This document shows, in pieces, positions 17,558-27,881 of a stretch of DNA of 64,000 bases. Source of the stretch: Verrucomicrobiia bacterium. GTDB lineage: Bacteria; Verrucomicrobiota; Verrucomicrobiia; Limisphaerales; JAJOIW01. The position numbers and the translations under genes were made by a program. The notes under the pieces are model-generated. The model saw only the letters and a list, made by a program, of their open reading frames with translations, was not told the DNA's origin and did not search any database. Position 1 is the stretch's first letter, and each line of letters begins with the position of its first letter. The stretch lies in the NCBI GenBank assembly GCA_030425355.1, contig JAUIAG010000001.1:790-64789 (forward strand), given 5' to 3'.

Positions 17558-18682
17558 TCAATTGGATGCGCTGGCGGGTGGAGGCGCCTCGGACACGCAG
17601 CGGAATCCGGTATGGATGAGACCGGTGTCGGGGGAGGATTTCATGCGGGATGAAGGCCGGTAGCCGACGCAGTAGACATCGCTGCAGAGGAATGATCCGC
17701 CACGTGTGACCTTTTTCCTCACGTGCGGTTCCTGGGGATCCCACGAACTGGACGGGCCCTTCGGATTTTTTTTCGCGCTCATGCTGTAGTAGTCCGGGCG
17801 GTACCAGTCCTGAGTCCACTCCCAGATATTGCCACCCATGTCGAACAGTCCGAAGGCGTTCGGAGGGAAACTCATCACCGGACTGGAAGTCAGGAATTTG
17901 TCCTCGAGCGTATTGCCGGCGGGGAAATCGCCCTGCCAGATATTCGCCATCCACTGGCCCCCGGGAGTCATGGTGTCGCCCCAGACGAATTTGGTGGGTG
18001 GCTGGTTGGCGCGGCAGGCATACTCCCATTCCGCCTCGGTCGGGAGCCTCTTTCCGGCCCATTCGCAGTAGGCGACCGCGTCCTCGTAACAGACGTGCAC
18101 GACCGGGTGACTGCCCTTGCCGGCAATTGAAGAACCGGATCCGGTGGGCTGCCGCCAGTTGGCGCCGGGGACAAATGTCCACCACTGCAGGTGATTGTCG
18201 AGGGAAGTGACGGGTTCGTCGGGGATGCGGAAGCAGACGGAGCCCGGCATGAGTGCTGTGGGATCGATCATTCCGGGTTCGAGGCCTTCGATGTCGCTGA
18301 AGTCAGGCTGCCTTTCGGCGAAGGTCACATAGCCGGTGGCCTTGACAAATTCGGCAAACTGGTCATTGGTCACCTCGTGGATGTCCATCCAGAAGCCGTC
18401 GAGTGTGACTTCGTGAGCGGGCCTCTCATCCGGGTTGCCCTGTTCGTTGCCCATGATGAATGTCCCGCCGGGAATCCAGACCATGCCGTTGGTCGACCAC
18501 TGAAAGTCATTCACTGCGGCGGCATCGTCCCCGCCCTTCCCGGTTTTGCCATCGGATGAGGAATCCTTTTCCGGTAATACCGTCACCACGATGGCTGCGA
18601 TAAGCAGCATCCCTCCGAGCGCCCATTGCCATGGGCGGATTCCGGTATCGCGTGCTGAACTGCCTGAGTTGTGATCGGCCAT
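17558..18682 (-). CDS. Formylglycine-generating enzyme (SUMF1/FGE family), N-terminally membrane-anchored
   Basis: FGE motifs are present: [28 protein letters not shown] and GFRCV. N-terminal TM segment [17 protein letters not shown]. Confidence 0.9.
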   Translation of the reverse strand: MADHNSGSSARDTGIRPWQWALGGMLLIAAIVVTVLPEKDSSSDGKTGKGGDDAAAVNDFQWSTNGMVWIPGGTFIMGNEQGNPDERPAHEVTLDGFWMDIHEVTNDQFAEFVKATGYVTFAERQPDFSDIEGLEPGMIDPTALMPGSVCFRIPDEPVTSLDNHLQWWTFVPGANWRQPTGSGSSIAGKGSHPVVHVCYEDAVAYCEWAGKRLPTEAEWEYACRANQPPTKFVWGDTMTPGGQWMANIWQGDFPAGNTLEDKFLTSSPVMSFPPNAFGLFDMGGNIWEWTQDWYRPDYYSMSAKKNPKGPSSSWDPQEPHVRKKVTRGGSFLCSDVYCVGYRPSSRMKSSPDTGLIHTGFRCVSEAPPPASASN

Positions 18683-18735
18683 GATGAAATCAAGAATAAC
18701 AGATAAAAAACTGCATCGCCAGCATCAGGGCCCGG

Positions 18736-20178
18736 TCAGGGCTGACGGAGCGCAAGTCTTTTGGCAAGGATGCGGCGGAGATTGCGAACAACATCCGGAG
18801 AATCAGCGGCGATGTTGCTGATTTCCCCAGGATCGGTCAGGTGGTCATACAGTTCGACGAAGCCGTCAGGGTGTTCGATGAGACGGTAGCGATCGGTTCG
18901 GATGGTCCTGGCGCTGGTATAACTCACGGCGGTGTGCCCCATTAGGGAGGCATTCTCCAGCTGCGGCACGAGGGACTGGCCATGGAGGTGGTCGGGAACC
19001 TCAAGCCCCGCCATCCGGCAGAGGGTCGGGTAAATGTCGATGGTTTCAACTATGGCGTCTGAGGCGCGTCCGAAAGCCTGTCCACCGGGCGGGACGATGA
19101 TCAGGGGGGACCGGAGCGACTCTTCAAACAGGGCGTGTTTACCCCAGATGGCGTGCTCACCAAGGTGCCAGCCGTGGTCGCCCCAGAGAACTATGACAGT
19201 ATTTCCGGCAAGGCCGAGCCGCGCGAGTTCATCGACCAGCCTTCCGACCAGTGCGTCGGCGTAAGTCACGCAGGCGGCGTAATGGCGACGGACTTCATCG
19301 GAGAATGCTGTGTCCTCGTTGGGATTTCTGCCCCAGCGGTTGTATTTCATGAATTCGCCCGAGCCATGCCATGTGGTGCGGCCCGACGGTTTACGGGGAT
19401 GCGGCACTGCGGGAAGCTGTATATCGCGGTATGGTTCCATGCAGTAAGCGGGCGCACCGAACGGGAGGTGCGGGCGGATGATGCCGGCGGCCAGAAAAAA
19501 GGGCTTGTCGGGAGCTGCGGCAAGTTTCCGCATCTGCCGAACCGCCTCCTCGACGATAAGCCCGTCCGGGTAGATTTCATCGGGTCCAGGCATTGACTCG
19601 AAAAGGTCCATGTCACCTGCGTCCACCCGTATCTGCCCGTGGGCGAGACCATGCATGGCGCCCCGCGGATGAAGCCACGGTCCTGCCGGCAGCAGATGGC
19701 GGTCCCACGACAATGGAAGCTCCGGATCACCTGAATCATTCCAGTCGGAGCCGCCCCGCCCACCGGGATGATGCGAGACCTTTCCAACCGAGACCGTCTG
19801 ATACCCATGGCGCCGAAACCATGCAGGCAGGGTTGGGGGGAATGCGTCCGGATCATTCCGGAGTGCACGACCACGGGCAAATAGCGCTCCATTTCCATAT
19901 GGTCCGTACTGGCCTGTAAGGAGGGCGAAGCGGGAAGCACCGCAAGTCGGCGCCTGAACGTAATGCCGGTGAAACGCGGTGCCCCGGGCAGCCAGAGCAT
20001 CAATGTGCGGTGAGTGAATATACCCTTTGCCAAAACAGTTCAGTTCCGGGCGCAGGTCATCCACACAAATCATCAGGACGTTGGGGCGGGACTGGCACCG
20101 GCCGCTTTCCGGCAACAGTATGAAAACCATGGCCATGGCAGCAGCCAAAGTGATCCTCTGCAGTTTTAATGGGAACAT
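18736..20178 (-). CDS. Sulfatase (type I, FGly-dependent), CxAxR variant
   Basis: Signal peptide; [11 protein letters not shown]...; active-site box [14 protein letters not shown] (C-G-A-S-R); [10 protein letters not shown] metal/substrate motif. Confidence 0.9.
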   Translation of the reverse strand: MFPLKLQRITLAAAMAMVFILLPESGRCQSRPNVLMICVDDLRPELNCFGKGYIHSPHIDALAARGTAFHRHYVQAPTCGASRFALLTGQYGPYGNGALFARGRALRNDPDAFPPTLPAWFRRHGYQTVSVGKVSHHPGGRGGSDWNDSGDPELPLSWDRHLLPAGPWLHPRGAMHGLAHGQIRVDAGDMDLFESMPGPDEIYPDGLIVEEAVRQMRKLAAAPDKPFFLAAGIIRPHLPFGAPAYCMEPYRDIQLPAVPHPRKPSGRTTWHGSGEFMKYNRWGRNPNEDTAFSDEVRRHYAACVTYADALVGRLVDELARLGLAGNTVIVLWGDHGWHLGEHAIWGKHALFEESLRSPLIIVPPGGQAFGRASDAIVETIDIYPTLCRMAGLEVPDHLHGQSLVPQLENASLMGHTAVSYTSARTIRTDRYRLIEHPDGFVELYDHLTDPGEISNIAADSPDVVRNLRRILAKRLALRQP

Positions 20179-20278
20179 TTGAACAGATGACCACCTGACT
20201 TCCCGACTGGCAAGAAGGAAAGGCGCGCAGCATTCACCCGCCCTTGAGAGCTGCCCGCTCCGGGATTAGGATTTCACC

Positions 20279-20932
20279 ATGATCATGAGCAACCGTCTGC
20301 GGGTCATGGCACTCCTCGCGGGCATGGCTACAGCCCTGAATCCCGACCCGGTGACCGGCAATGACCGGGGTATCGGGGACAGCAGAATTGAAAAGGACCC
20401 TCTGGTCGGCACAGCGGCGGGCCAATGGTCGGATCTGACCTGGGTTTCGGAAGGAACAGACACGCCCCGAAGCCTTGCCGGGCTCAAGGGCAGGGTCACA
20501 GTCATACGATGGTGGACGGCTCCCGGCTGTCCGTACTGCCGCAATTCGGCTCCAGCCCTGACGGACTGGCACCGACGCTATGCGCCACGCGGTTTACAGG
20601 TCCTCGGGTTCTATCACCACAAAAGCCCGGATGAACTCCGTATAAAAGACGTGAAGGAATATGTCGGGAAACTCGGATTCAATTTCCCGGTGGCGATCGA
20701 CAATGACTGGCAGACCCTTCGTTCATGGTGGCTCGACAGGCCGGGCCGGAAATGGACCAGTGTGACATTTGTGATCGATCACAGGGGGATTATCCGCGGC
20801 ATCCACCCGGGAGGCGAATATATCAGGGGCGACACGGATCCGGATTACCTCGCCATGGATGAGTTGATTCAGAGACTGATGGAAGAGCTTCCGGAAAGAC
20901 AGCCGTCACCCGACAGCTCCGGCGGATCATGA
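20279..20932 (+). CDS. TlpA/redoxin-like periplasmic thiol-disulfide oxidoreductase
   Basis: Signal-like N-terminus and thioredoxin-fold CxxC (WWTAPGCPYCRNSAPAL). Transcribed divergently from the sulfatase-FGE pair. Confidence 0.7.
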   Translation: MIMSNRLRVMALLAGMATALNPDPVTGNDRGIGDSRIEKDPLVGTAAGQWSDLTWVSEGTDTPRSLAGLKGRVTVIRWWTAPGCPYCRNSAPALTDWHRRYAPRGLQVLGFYHHKSPDELRIKDVKEYVGKLGFNFPVAIDNDWQTLRSWWLDRPGRKWTSVTFVIDHRGIIRGIHPGGEYIRGDTDPDYLAMDELIQRLMEELPERQPSPDSSGGS

Positions 20933-20971
20933 GAATTGACATATTCTGATGAGCCGGGATTAATTCCGGCG

Positions 20972-22039
20972 ATGCGAAATTTTTCATGGATGGTATGGCT
21001 GCTGACAGGCCATGGGTTGATCAGCAGTGCCTCGGCTCAGTTCTCAAATCTCTCCGAGTATTCATTCTCGATGACCGGCTCCGCATTCGGACTGGAATTT
21101 GAGGAGGCTGTATTCACCAATGAACCGGATCAGATACAGGGGCCGTTCCAGAAGGAGACACTTTTCGAGAGCGCCGACAGGGATTCCGTGAACAGAGCCA
21201 GTGGGTATATACGCCCGAACCACTGGACTGTCGAAATGGGAACAGACGTCAATTTCACCGGGAACGCCTTTACAAGGGGCCTGGTCATGAACGGGTTTTT
21301 TCGGATCGATGTCACCGACTGGTTCATCATCTCGGGCCCGGATGCGGATCCCGTGCAGCTCACCATCACTGCTATCCCGACAGTCTCCGGTAATCCGGCA
21401 CTTACTTCAGCCGACGATGAAATCAGTTACAGCGTGAAGCTTCTGTCCGGAGATGGCGCCTATGGGAAAATCGCAAGCCGGCAGCACCCGGAGCGGAATC
21501 GGCCGGTCTGGGCCACCGTCGAAGGCACTGCGATCGATTTCTCGAGCGGAGCAGTGTTTCCACCCATGAACCGTTATCTCAGGTTGAATCCGGACCAGCC
21601 CTATCGACTGGATGTCCAGTTCACAATGAAGCTCTCCAGTAACAGCGGTGTCCTCCAGGGCGAGGACTATGACAGCGGACCGGCCGCCTCCATGTCGCAG
21701 TTTTTCTTTTACCTCGATGTGCCTGAAGGATACTCGTTGACCACTTTATCAGGCTTTGACTACTCCATGCCGCCGGTGGTGCTGCCGCCGGCACCAGCAG
21801 GCAATGGAAAAAGACCACGTGCCACACGCATTGGATCAGCGATGCTGATCGGTGTTGAGGAATCCTCGACGGACATGACCTATCAGCTGCAGTCCGCTGT
21901 CTCGGTAAACCAGCAATTTGAACCCGTCACGGGCCAGAGCTATCCGGGAAACGGCGGCAGGCTGCTGTTTTCTCCCTACTCCGGTGATGCATCCGGGTTC
22001 TTCCGCGTTGTGGAGATTGGAGGGTCGGGAGGAGAGTGA
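20972..22039 (+). CDS. Hypothetical secreted protein with C-terminal 'FFRVV' beta module
   Basis: ATG 20972 gives MRNFSWMVWLLTGHGLISSASAQ (signal peptide); the ORF track begins at TTG 20936. No catalytic motif recognised. Confidence 0.55.
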   Translation: MRNFSWMVWLLTGHGLISSASAQFSNLSEYSFSMTGSAFGLEFEEAVFTNEPDQIQGPFQKETLFESADRDSVNRASGYIRPNHWTVEMGTDVNFTGNAFTRGLVMNGFFRIDVTDWFIISGPDADPVQLTITAIPTVSGNPALTSADDEISYSVKLLSGDGAYGKIASRQHPERNRPVWATVEGTAIDFSSGAVFPPMNRYLRLNPDQPYRLDVQFTMKLSSNSGVLQGEDYDSGPAASMSQFFFYLDVPEGYSLTTLSGFDYSMPPVVLPPAPAGNGKRPRATRIGSAMLIGVEESSTDMTYQLQSAVSVNQQFEPVTGQSYPGNGGRLLFSPYSGDASGFFRVVEIGGSGGE

Positions 22040-22058
22040 AGCGGATTCAGGCTCTGGC

Positions 22059-22787
22059 TCAGGCTCCAATACGGGAGTCGAGCTGGAAAACCTGACCGCT
22101 GACAGACGGCATGCCGGTTACGAGAAGACAGATCAGTCGTGCTGATTCCTCCGGGGTCGTGAACCGGCCGAGGACGTGCGAACCGCGATAGCGATCCAGC
22201 ACTTCAGGGGTCAGTGCGTCAGTCATGCGGGTCTCCAGAAACCCCGGCAGGACGAGATTGAAGCACACACCGGATGCGCCGGCTTCCCGGGCCAGGGATT
22301 GCACGAGGCCCTTGAGAGCTGCCTTGGAGGCGGAGTAGGCAGCCTGACCGGCCGATCCACGCGCCCCCGAGTTGGATCCGATCATGACCACATGACCGCC
22401 GGACTGCTGTGATTGAAAGACGCCAAGGGCCCATCGGCTGAGGTGCATGGCTGAATCCAGATTGACACGCATGACGCGATCCCAGTCTGCGACGGTGGTT
22501 GAAACAAGCAGCCCGTCGTGGATGACACCGGCACAGTGAACCACGCCCACGAGCCGGCGGCGGATGCGGCGAAAGAAAGGATCCAGACTGTCAGATATCC
22601 AGGCGGAACCGGCGGAAAAATTCACCGGAAGGCGGAAGCAGTCCGGATGCTCAACCGGCACCCTGTGCCTGCCTTCCGTGGCCAGCACGGCCAGTCCGGC
22701 ATCAACAAACCCCTGCACCACTGCACCCCCAAGTCCGCCGGATGCACCGGTGACTACAACGACGCCCGAATCGACATCCGATGTCAT
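22059..22787 (-). CDS. Short-chain dehydrogenase/reductase (FabG-like)
   Basis: VVVTGASGGLGGAV (TGxxxGxG) and the YSASKAALKGL catalytic YxxxK. Start taken at MTSDVDSG (22787), because the longer ORF overlaps the upstream gene end at 22822. Confidence 0.75.
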   Translation of the reverse strand: MTSDVDSGVVVVTGASGGLGGAVVQGFVDAGLAVLATEGRHRVPVEHPDCFRLPVNFSAGSAWISDSLDPFFRRIRRRLVGVVHCAGVIHDGLLVSTTVADWDRVMRVNLDSAMHLSRWALGVFQSQQSGGHVVMIGSNSGARGSAGQAAYSASKAALKGLVQSLAREAGASGVCFNLVLPGFLETRMTDALTPEVLDRYRGSHVLGRFTTPEESARLICLLVTGMPSVSGQVFQLDSRIGA

Positions 22788-22821
22788 CTGGCTGGTATTC
22801 AGCGGAGAGATTGGATGATGG

Positions 22822-24612
22822 TCAGAAAAGAGGGGTGAATGCCTCCTCTTCGGCCTCAACCTGGATGATTCGGAACACGACGCGTCTGGTGGCGTCCCAT
22901 TCCTCCTTTGTTCTCGGAGCGGACTGCAGCCCAAGATCGCCATCAGGGTCGTAGGTGACATTGGGCGTATTCGGTTTCATGACGCCATGACCGATGACAG
23001 CGAACTGGCTGGGATCCATGTCCATGCCCTGCGTGCCGGCATATTCGATAAGGCTTTCCCGAACGGCATTGGCTCTGGATATCGACAGGTTCAGAGCGGA
23101 CTGTTTGTAGCGCTCGAGAACAAGTCCAGGTTCACCGTCCTTTTTCTTTTTCAGGTAACCTATGGGATCCGAATGACCCTCCACAGTCAGTAAAGCGCCG
23201 CCGTATGTGCTTATTAACTCAATGGCGCGGTCAAATTCCCCCTTATACAAATCCGCCGGAAAGGTCTGCTGATTCGGTTTGAAGTAGATTTCGAACGAGA
23301 AGAGTTCCCCTTCCCCGAGTGTGTCCTGCGACTGCCGGCGGGAGATAAGACGGCTCACGGCGTTGGTGTCGAAGCGGGGTGTCTCAGCCGCCGCAACCGG
23401 AACAGAGGCAGCCCCGGCGAGCTTCTGGAAATCAAAAGGTGGCAGTCCGATATTCACCTTCCCGGACATGAGGCCGATGCTTGCCATGGATTCCTGGATT
23501 TCGGCCATTATTTTCCACGCCCTTCTGGGATGGTTCTGATCATTGAAGAAGAGAATATTGCCTGGAATACCGGCAAAATCTGCTTCGCGGAACATCTGTT
23601 CCATATCACCGGTGGCATTGGAATCATCGAGGAGCAGTCCGGCACTGGCTGAGAGCAGCTGCCGCCATCCGCCGGCGTCGGAGCGTGCCAGCCGCCGCAT
23701 TTCCGCTTCTGCATCAACCAGAGCCTTGACGAACTTTTCCACCACGGCGGGGTACCTCTGAAGGAAATCCATTCGCACCGCGTAGACATCGGCAATGACC
23801 CGGTCCGCGGTTTTAGTGGAAAGCAGGATGTGAGCCCCCCGGACAGACCCTTCGGCACCGGTTCCGACGCGTCCGCCTGAAGTGAGTATCTGGGCATCCG
23901 GCATGATGACCATGGCGGCATCAACAGAGGAGTCCTCAAGCATGGCCATGGCAGGGCTGACGGAGTCCGCAGCAACTTCAAACAGGTCGGGCACCCACTT
24001 CCATGTGATATCGCGTGGATCAAGTCCCGCGCTCTTCAGAATAGTGGCCAGATAATCGACATGCGGGCCGAAGGACTGCAGAACGACGGTTTTGCCTTTG
24101 AGATCGGCGGGAGTGCGAATGCCGTCCCGAACGACGATGGCATCACTGCCGGCTGACCACGTGAGCTGGTAGATGAGGACCATTGTGGTGTCAGGATTCC
24201 GGTTGGTGACCTCTGCTGCGAGATTCATCATCCCGAGGGTTCCGCGGAGGAAAGGAGTTTCACCCGTGAGGTACATCTCCAGCTGTTTCAGAAAGCGGTC
24301 TTCGCGGAAGAGTTCGACCTGCAGCCCTGCCTTGTCGAAAAGGCTTCCGCTGGCGGTCGATTTTGAATTGCCGTTGGCAAGAATTGTCTGGATATCCCCT
24401 CCCCATGCAATCATGGGGACCTTGAGCCGATTGCCGTTCCCCTGCCATGCGCGGGGTTGAACCCGGACCACATCGCTGACTTTCCTCAGCGGTTCATAGT
24501 CAACGGCCTGAATCTTCACTGGAGCGAGCCACATGAACAATGCCGCCAGCAGCATTGCGGTCGCCCTGGCCGGCGCGCATCCGCCATACGGGGTTGAATT
24601 AAATGTTTTCAT
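22822..24612 (-). CDS. Fusion protein: periplasmic substrate-binding (NMT1/NrtA/SsuA-like) domain + C-terminal OmpA-like domain
   Basis: Start taken at MKTFNST...LLAALFMWLAPVKIQA (signal peptide). The C-terminus (TVEGHSDPIG...NLSISRANAVRESL...AVIGHGVMKP) is OmpA_C-like. The N-terminal ~400 aa resemble type-II binding proteins (pattern only). Confidence 0.65.
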   Translation of the reverse strand: MKTFNSTPYGGCAPARATAMLLAALFMWLAPVKIQAVDYEPLRKVSDVVRVQPRAWQGNGNRLKVPMIAWGGDIQTILANGNSKSTASGSLFDKAGLQVELFREDRFLKQLEMYLTGETPFLRGTLGMMNLAAEVTNRNPDTTMVLIYQLTWSAGSDAIVVRDGIRTPADLKGKTVVLQSFGPHVDYLATILKSAGLDPRDITWKWVPDLFEVAADSVSPAMAMLEDSSVDAAMVIMPDAQILTSGGRVGTGAEGSVRGAHILLSTKTADRVIADVYAVRMDFLQRYPAVVEKFVKALVDAEAEMRRLARSDAGGWRQLLSASAGLLLDDSNATGDMEQMFREADFAGIPGNILFFNDQNHPRRAWKIMAEIQESMASIGLMSGKVNIGLPPFDFQKLAGAASVPVAAAETPRFDTNAVSRLISRRQSQDTLGEGELFSFEIYFKPNQQTFPADLYKGEFDRAIELISTYGGALLTVEGHSDPIGYLKKKKDGEPGLVLERYKQSALNLSISRANAVRESLIEYAGTQGMDMDPSQFAVIGHGVMKPNTPNVTYDPDGDLGLQSAPRTKEEWDATRRVVFRIIQVEAEEEAFTPLF

Positions 24613-24723
24613 CTTCTGAAGTTGGGTCGGGAATATCTGATTGCACCATGCAACCGCGGCCATCATAACCGCTCTATCATTCGTATTCAAAACCTCCGGG
24701 GCCATGAGAATCGCCACCGGACT

Positions 24724-26214
24724 TTATAACTGGTAGGCATTAAAATATTTTTTGATGATCCATTCGGGCTGCCACCGGTCGGGGCTGCGGGGTTTTCCGG
24801 TGAGATCAATCTGCATGGGCTTCGGATTATCGACGCGCAAAGGCAGGTCGTCGCCCACGGATTCCTGCCACTGGCGAAGTCGTGTGGTGAGGCGATCCAC
24901 AATCGGGGCATATTCCGGGTGTGGGGCGAGGTTGATCATTTCGTCCGGATCGTCCCTGAGATCAAAAAGCTGAACGTGATTAATCGGTGGGTAGTAAATA
25001 ATCTTGTAGCGCTCGTCGCGGCAGGAACGCATCAGTTTAAGAAACGGGAGAAAAATCGAATCCCTGACAGATGCGGAAGCATTGTCGACCAGCGGCCACA
25101 GGCTTTGACCCTCGACAGGCTGTGGTGCCTCGAGACCTGCAAACTCCAGAACGGTCGGGAATATATCCAGCAGATAGGTGAAGGCATGTCGCTGCTGACC
25201 GGCGGGCACGCCTGGTCCGGCGAGGATCAACGGGCATTTCATGCTGTGCTCGTAAATGCTCTGCTTTCCAAGAAGTCCGTGGCTGCCGATGGCGAGTCCA
25301 TGATCCGCCGCGTAAATGACCAGTGTGTCTTTCCACAGATCCTGGGCATCAAGTTCTGTAAATACCCGGCCAATCTGCTGGTCCATGAATGAGATGAGGC
25401 CGTAGTATTCGGCGAGCTGTTCGCGGATGAGGTCCGGTGTGCGCGGCCATGGGCCGAGGTTCTCATCCCGGCCCCCGTTCATGTGGCCATTGTCGAACGG
25501 ATGCTGCGGCAGGTAATTCGCGGGCAGTGGCGGACGGTTGCGGTAATACATGTCGCGGAACTCCTGTGGCGGCTGCCGAGGGTCATGGGGTGCCGTGAAA
25601 GCGCAATAGGCGAAGAATGGGCGGCTGCGGTCGCGGTTCCGAAGGAAATCGACGGTGGCGCTGGCAAAAAGCTCACTCGACATCCGGTCCCCAGTGCGCT
25701 GGTTGACGAGTTCCTTCCCGTCCCCGCTGATATCGACGAGGGGGACTTCAGCATGATTGGACATACCGCCCATCATCACCGCCTTTCCCTGCTGGAAACC
25801 ACGAAGCACGGAATCGCGGCCATTGTGCCATTTTCCTGAAATAAAAGTCTGGTAGCCGTTTTTCCCGAGGATCCCGGACAGCATCGGTGTGCCTTCCAGG
25901 CTGGTGGAAATCCTCGTCCATGGCCGCCCGCTGTGCACCATGGCGCGGCTGGGCACACACACGGCTCCGCTGTTGGCACCAAAGCAGTAGTTCTGGCGGA
26001 AACCGGTGCCCATGCCGGCCAGCCGATCGAGACTGGGCGTGATGATGTGAGGATTCCCGTAGGCGCCGATGGTATCCTCGCGCTGATCATCGGCGAAAAG
26101 GAAGAGGATATTCCGGGGTTGAGCGACGGCAGGATCCGCGGAGACGAGGAGAAGGAATGCGATGGCGAAAAGCCCCCGTGCCCACCGGGTTTTCCGATTG
26201 TTCAGCTGGAACAT
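24724..26214 (-). CDS. Sulfatase (arylsulfatase A-like), canonical CxPxR
   Basis: Signal peptide; LFLFADDQRED; active-site box GAVCVPSRAMVHSGR; ADHGLAIGSHGLLGK. Confidence 0.9.
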   Translation of the reverse strand: MFQLNNRKTRWARGLFAIAFLLLVSADPAVAQPRNILFLFADDQREDTIGAYGNPHIITPSLDRLAGMGTGFRQNYCFGANSGAVCVPSRAMVHSGRPWTRISTSLEGTPMLSGILGKNGYQTFISGKWHNGRDSVLRGFQQGKAVMMGGMSNHAEVPLVDISGDGKELVNQRTGDRMSSELFASATVDFLRNRDRSRPFFAYCAFTAPHDPRQPPQEFRDMYYRNRPPLPANYLPQHPFDNGHMNGGRDENLGPWPRTPDLIREQLAEYYGLISFMDQQIGRVFTELDAQDLWKDTLVIYAADHGLAIGSHGLLGKQSIYEHSMKCPLILAGPGVPAGQQRHAFTYLLDIFPTVLEFAGLEAPQPVEGQSLWPLVDNASASVRDSIFLPFLKLMRSCRDERYKIIYYPPINHVQLFDLRDDPDEMINLAPHPEYAPIVDRLTTRLRQWQESVGDDLPLRVDNPKPMQIDLTGKPRSPDRWQPEWIIKKYFNAYQL

Positions 26215-26300
26215 GATGGATCCATTGAACCAGCACGCCCGACGGAATCAATGAAAATTGAAGACTGGACAAAGCGTCACTGATCCGGTCCCATTAGTCC

Positions 26301-27770
26301 ATGATTTCCACAAGACTGAAGCCGGTGATCCTCGTCCGGCTCCTGCAGACGGCCATAACTCTGACAGTGGCCGCGTCACTCACCGAAGCCACAGCGGCTG
26401 GAGACCAGCGCCCGAACGTGCTGTTCATCTTCGCCGATGACCAGGCCTACAACACGATTCACGCCCTCGGCAATGATCGCATTGAAACACCTAATCTGGA
26501 TCGGCTGGTGCATTCGGGGACAACGCTGACCCATGCCTATAATCAGGGCGCGTGGGGCGGCGCGGTCTGCGTGGCCAGCCGGACCATGCTGATGACCGGC
26601 CGCTATCTCTGGCATGCACGGGACGACTACGCCCGCACCGATGAACTTTACCGGCAGACAGGAAAGCTTCTGCCGCAGACTCTGGAAGCCAGTGGATACT
26701 CCACTTGGTTCTCGGGCAAATGGCATCTCCGGGCGGATGCGTCCAAAACCTTTGGCACAGCCCGGCACATCCGCCCCGGAATGCCGCGCGACAACAGGGA
26801 GATCGGCTACCACCGCCCGGTTGAAGGGACGGAAGATCCATGGAAGCCATGGGACACATCACTGGGCGGCTTCTGGGAAGGGGGCACACACTGGTCTGAA
26901 GTCCTGGGCAATGATGGAGTTGAATATATTGAAAAAGCCTCAAAGCAGGAAAACCCGTTTTTCATGTATCTGGCCTTCAACGCCCCACATGACCCCCGGC
27001 AGTCGCCAAAGGAATTTGTGGATAAATACCCGCTGGAAAGCATCCCGATGCCGGACAATTACCTGCCGCTTTATCCTCATTTTGTGGGAAGCAACAAGAT
27101 CCGCGATGAAGTGCTTGCGCCATTCCCGAGGACTCCATTTGCCGTGCGAACTCACCTGCAGGAATATTACGCAATCATCACTCACATGGATCAGCAGATC
27201 GGCCGCATCCTCGATGCCCTGGAGGCATCCGGAGAAATGGAGAACACCTATATTGTTTTCTCGGCGGATCACGGACTGGCGGTTGGCAGCCACGGATTCC
27301 TCGGCAAACAGAATATGTACGAGCACAGTGTGAGAGTCCCGCTTATTGTGGCCGGTCCCGGAATCCGCCGGAACCATCGCATCGACACGCCGGTCTACAT
27401 CCAGGATATCCACCCGACTGTGCTGCAGATGGCTCGCGTCGCTGTACCGGACCACGTTGAGTTCAGGAGCTTCCTGCCGCTGCTGCGTGGAAGTCAGGAC
27501 TACATCCCCTACCCCGCCATCTACAGCGCCTATACGGAACACCAGCGCATGATCATTCAGAACGGACAGAAACTGATTCTCTATCCGATGATCGGTGTGG
27601 CGAGGCTGTTTGATCTGAACTCGGATCCGCACGAGCTTTATGACCTGATGGTCACACCGGATGCGGACGCCCGGGGTCAGGCGGCCCGGCTGGCCGCGGT
27701 TCTCAATGAATGGAATTCGAAAATCGGCGCCGACCAGGATTTTGGTGAGGCGTTCCCGGAACTGTATTGA
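26301..27770 (+). CDS. Sulfatase (arylsulfatase A-like), CxAxR variant; paralogue of 24724..26214
   Basis: Signal peptide; LFIFADDQAYN; active-site box GAVCVASRTMLMTGR; ADHGLAVGSHGFLGK. It is collinear with the divergent neighbour. Confidence 0.9.
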   Translation: MISTRLKPVILVRLLQTAITLTVAASLTEATAAGDQRPNVLFIFADDQAYNTIHALGNDRIETPNLDRLVHSGTTLTHAYNQGAWGGAVCVASRTMLMTGRYLWHARDDYARTDELYRQTGKLLPQTLEASGYSTWFSGKWHLRADASKTFGTARHIRPGMPRDNREIGYHRPVEGTEDPWKPWDTSLGGFWEGGTHWSEVLGNDGVEYIEKASKQENPFFMYLAFNAPHDPRQSPKEFVDKYPLESIPMPDNYLPLYPHFVGSNKIRDEVLAPFPRTPFAVRTHLQEYYAIITHMDQQIGRILDALEASGEMENTYIVFSADHGLAVGSHGFLGKQNMYEHSVRVPLIVAGPGIRRNHRIDTPVYIQDIHPTVLQMARVAVPDHVEFRSFLPLLRGSQDYIPYPAIYSAYTEHQRMIIQNGQKLILYPMIGVARLFDLNSDPHELYDLMVTPDADARGQAARLAAVLNEWNSKIGADQDFGEAFPELY

Positions 27771-27809
27771 ATCTCATCTGCCCCCGATTGCGGGAATTGC
27801 GCCGGAACC

Positions 27810-27843
27810 AGCCGCCTTTGCAAGTGGGCGGCTTTTTCTTTTT
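27810..27843 (+). terminator. Rho-independent terminator
   Basis: AGCCGCC-(10 nt loop)-GGCGGCT followed by TTTTTCTTTTT, 40 nt after the sulfatase stop. Confidence 0.75.
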
Positions 27844-27881
27844 CAAACCCTCACGGACACGGATGGCGGGATAAATTCATT

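Noticed and set aside
17409-18185. Upstream 259 codons of the 343-aa ORF that ends as rpsP.
   Set aside because: S16 homology begins at MVKLRL (ATG 17408). The extension overlaps the FGE gene in another frame and reads as Arg/Pro-rich junk.
26301-27770. Idea that the CxAxR sulfatases are catalytically dead pseudo-enzymes.
   Set aside because: Ala at the third position is within the accepted (C/S)-x-(P/A)-x-R FGly motif, and all other metal and substrate motifs are intact. It is kept only as a low-interest observation on motif usage.
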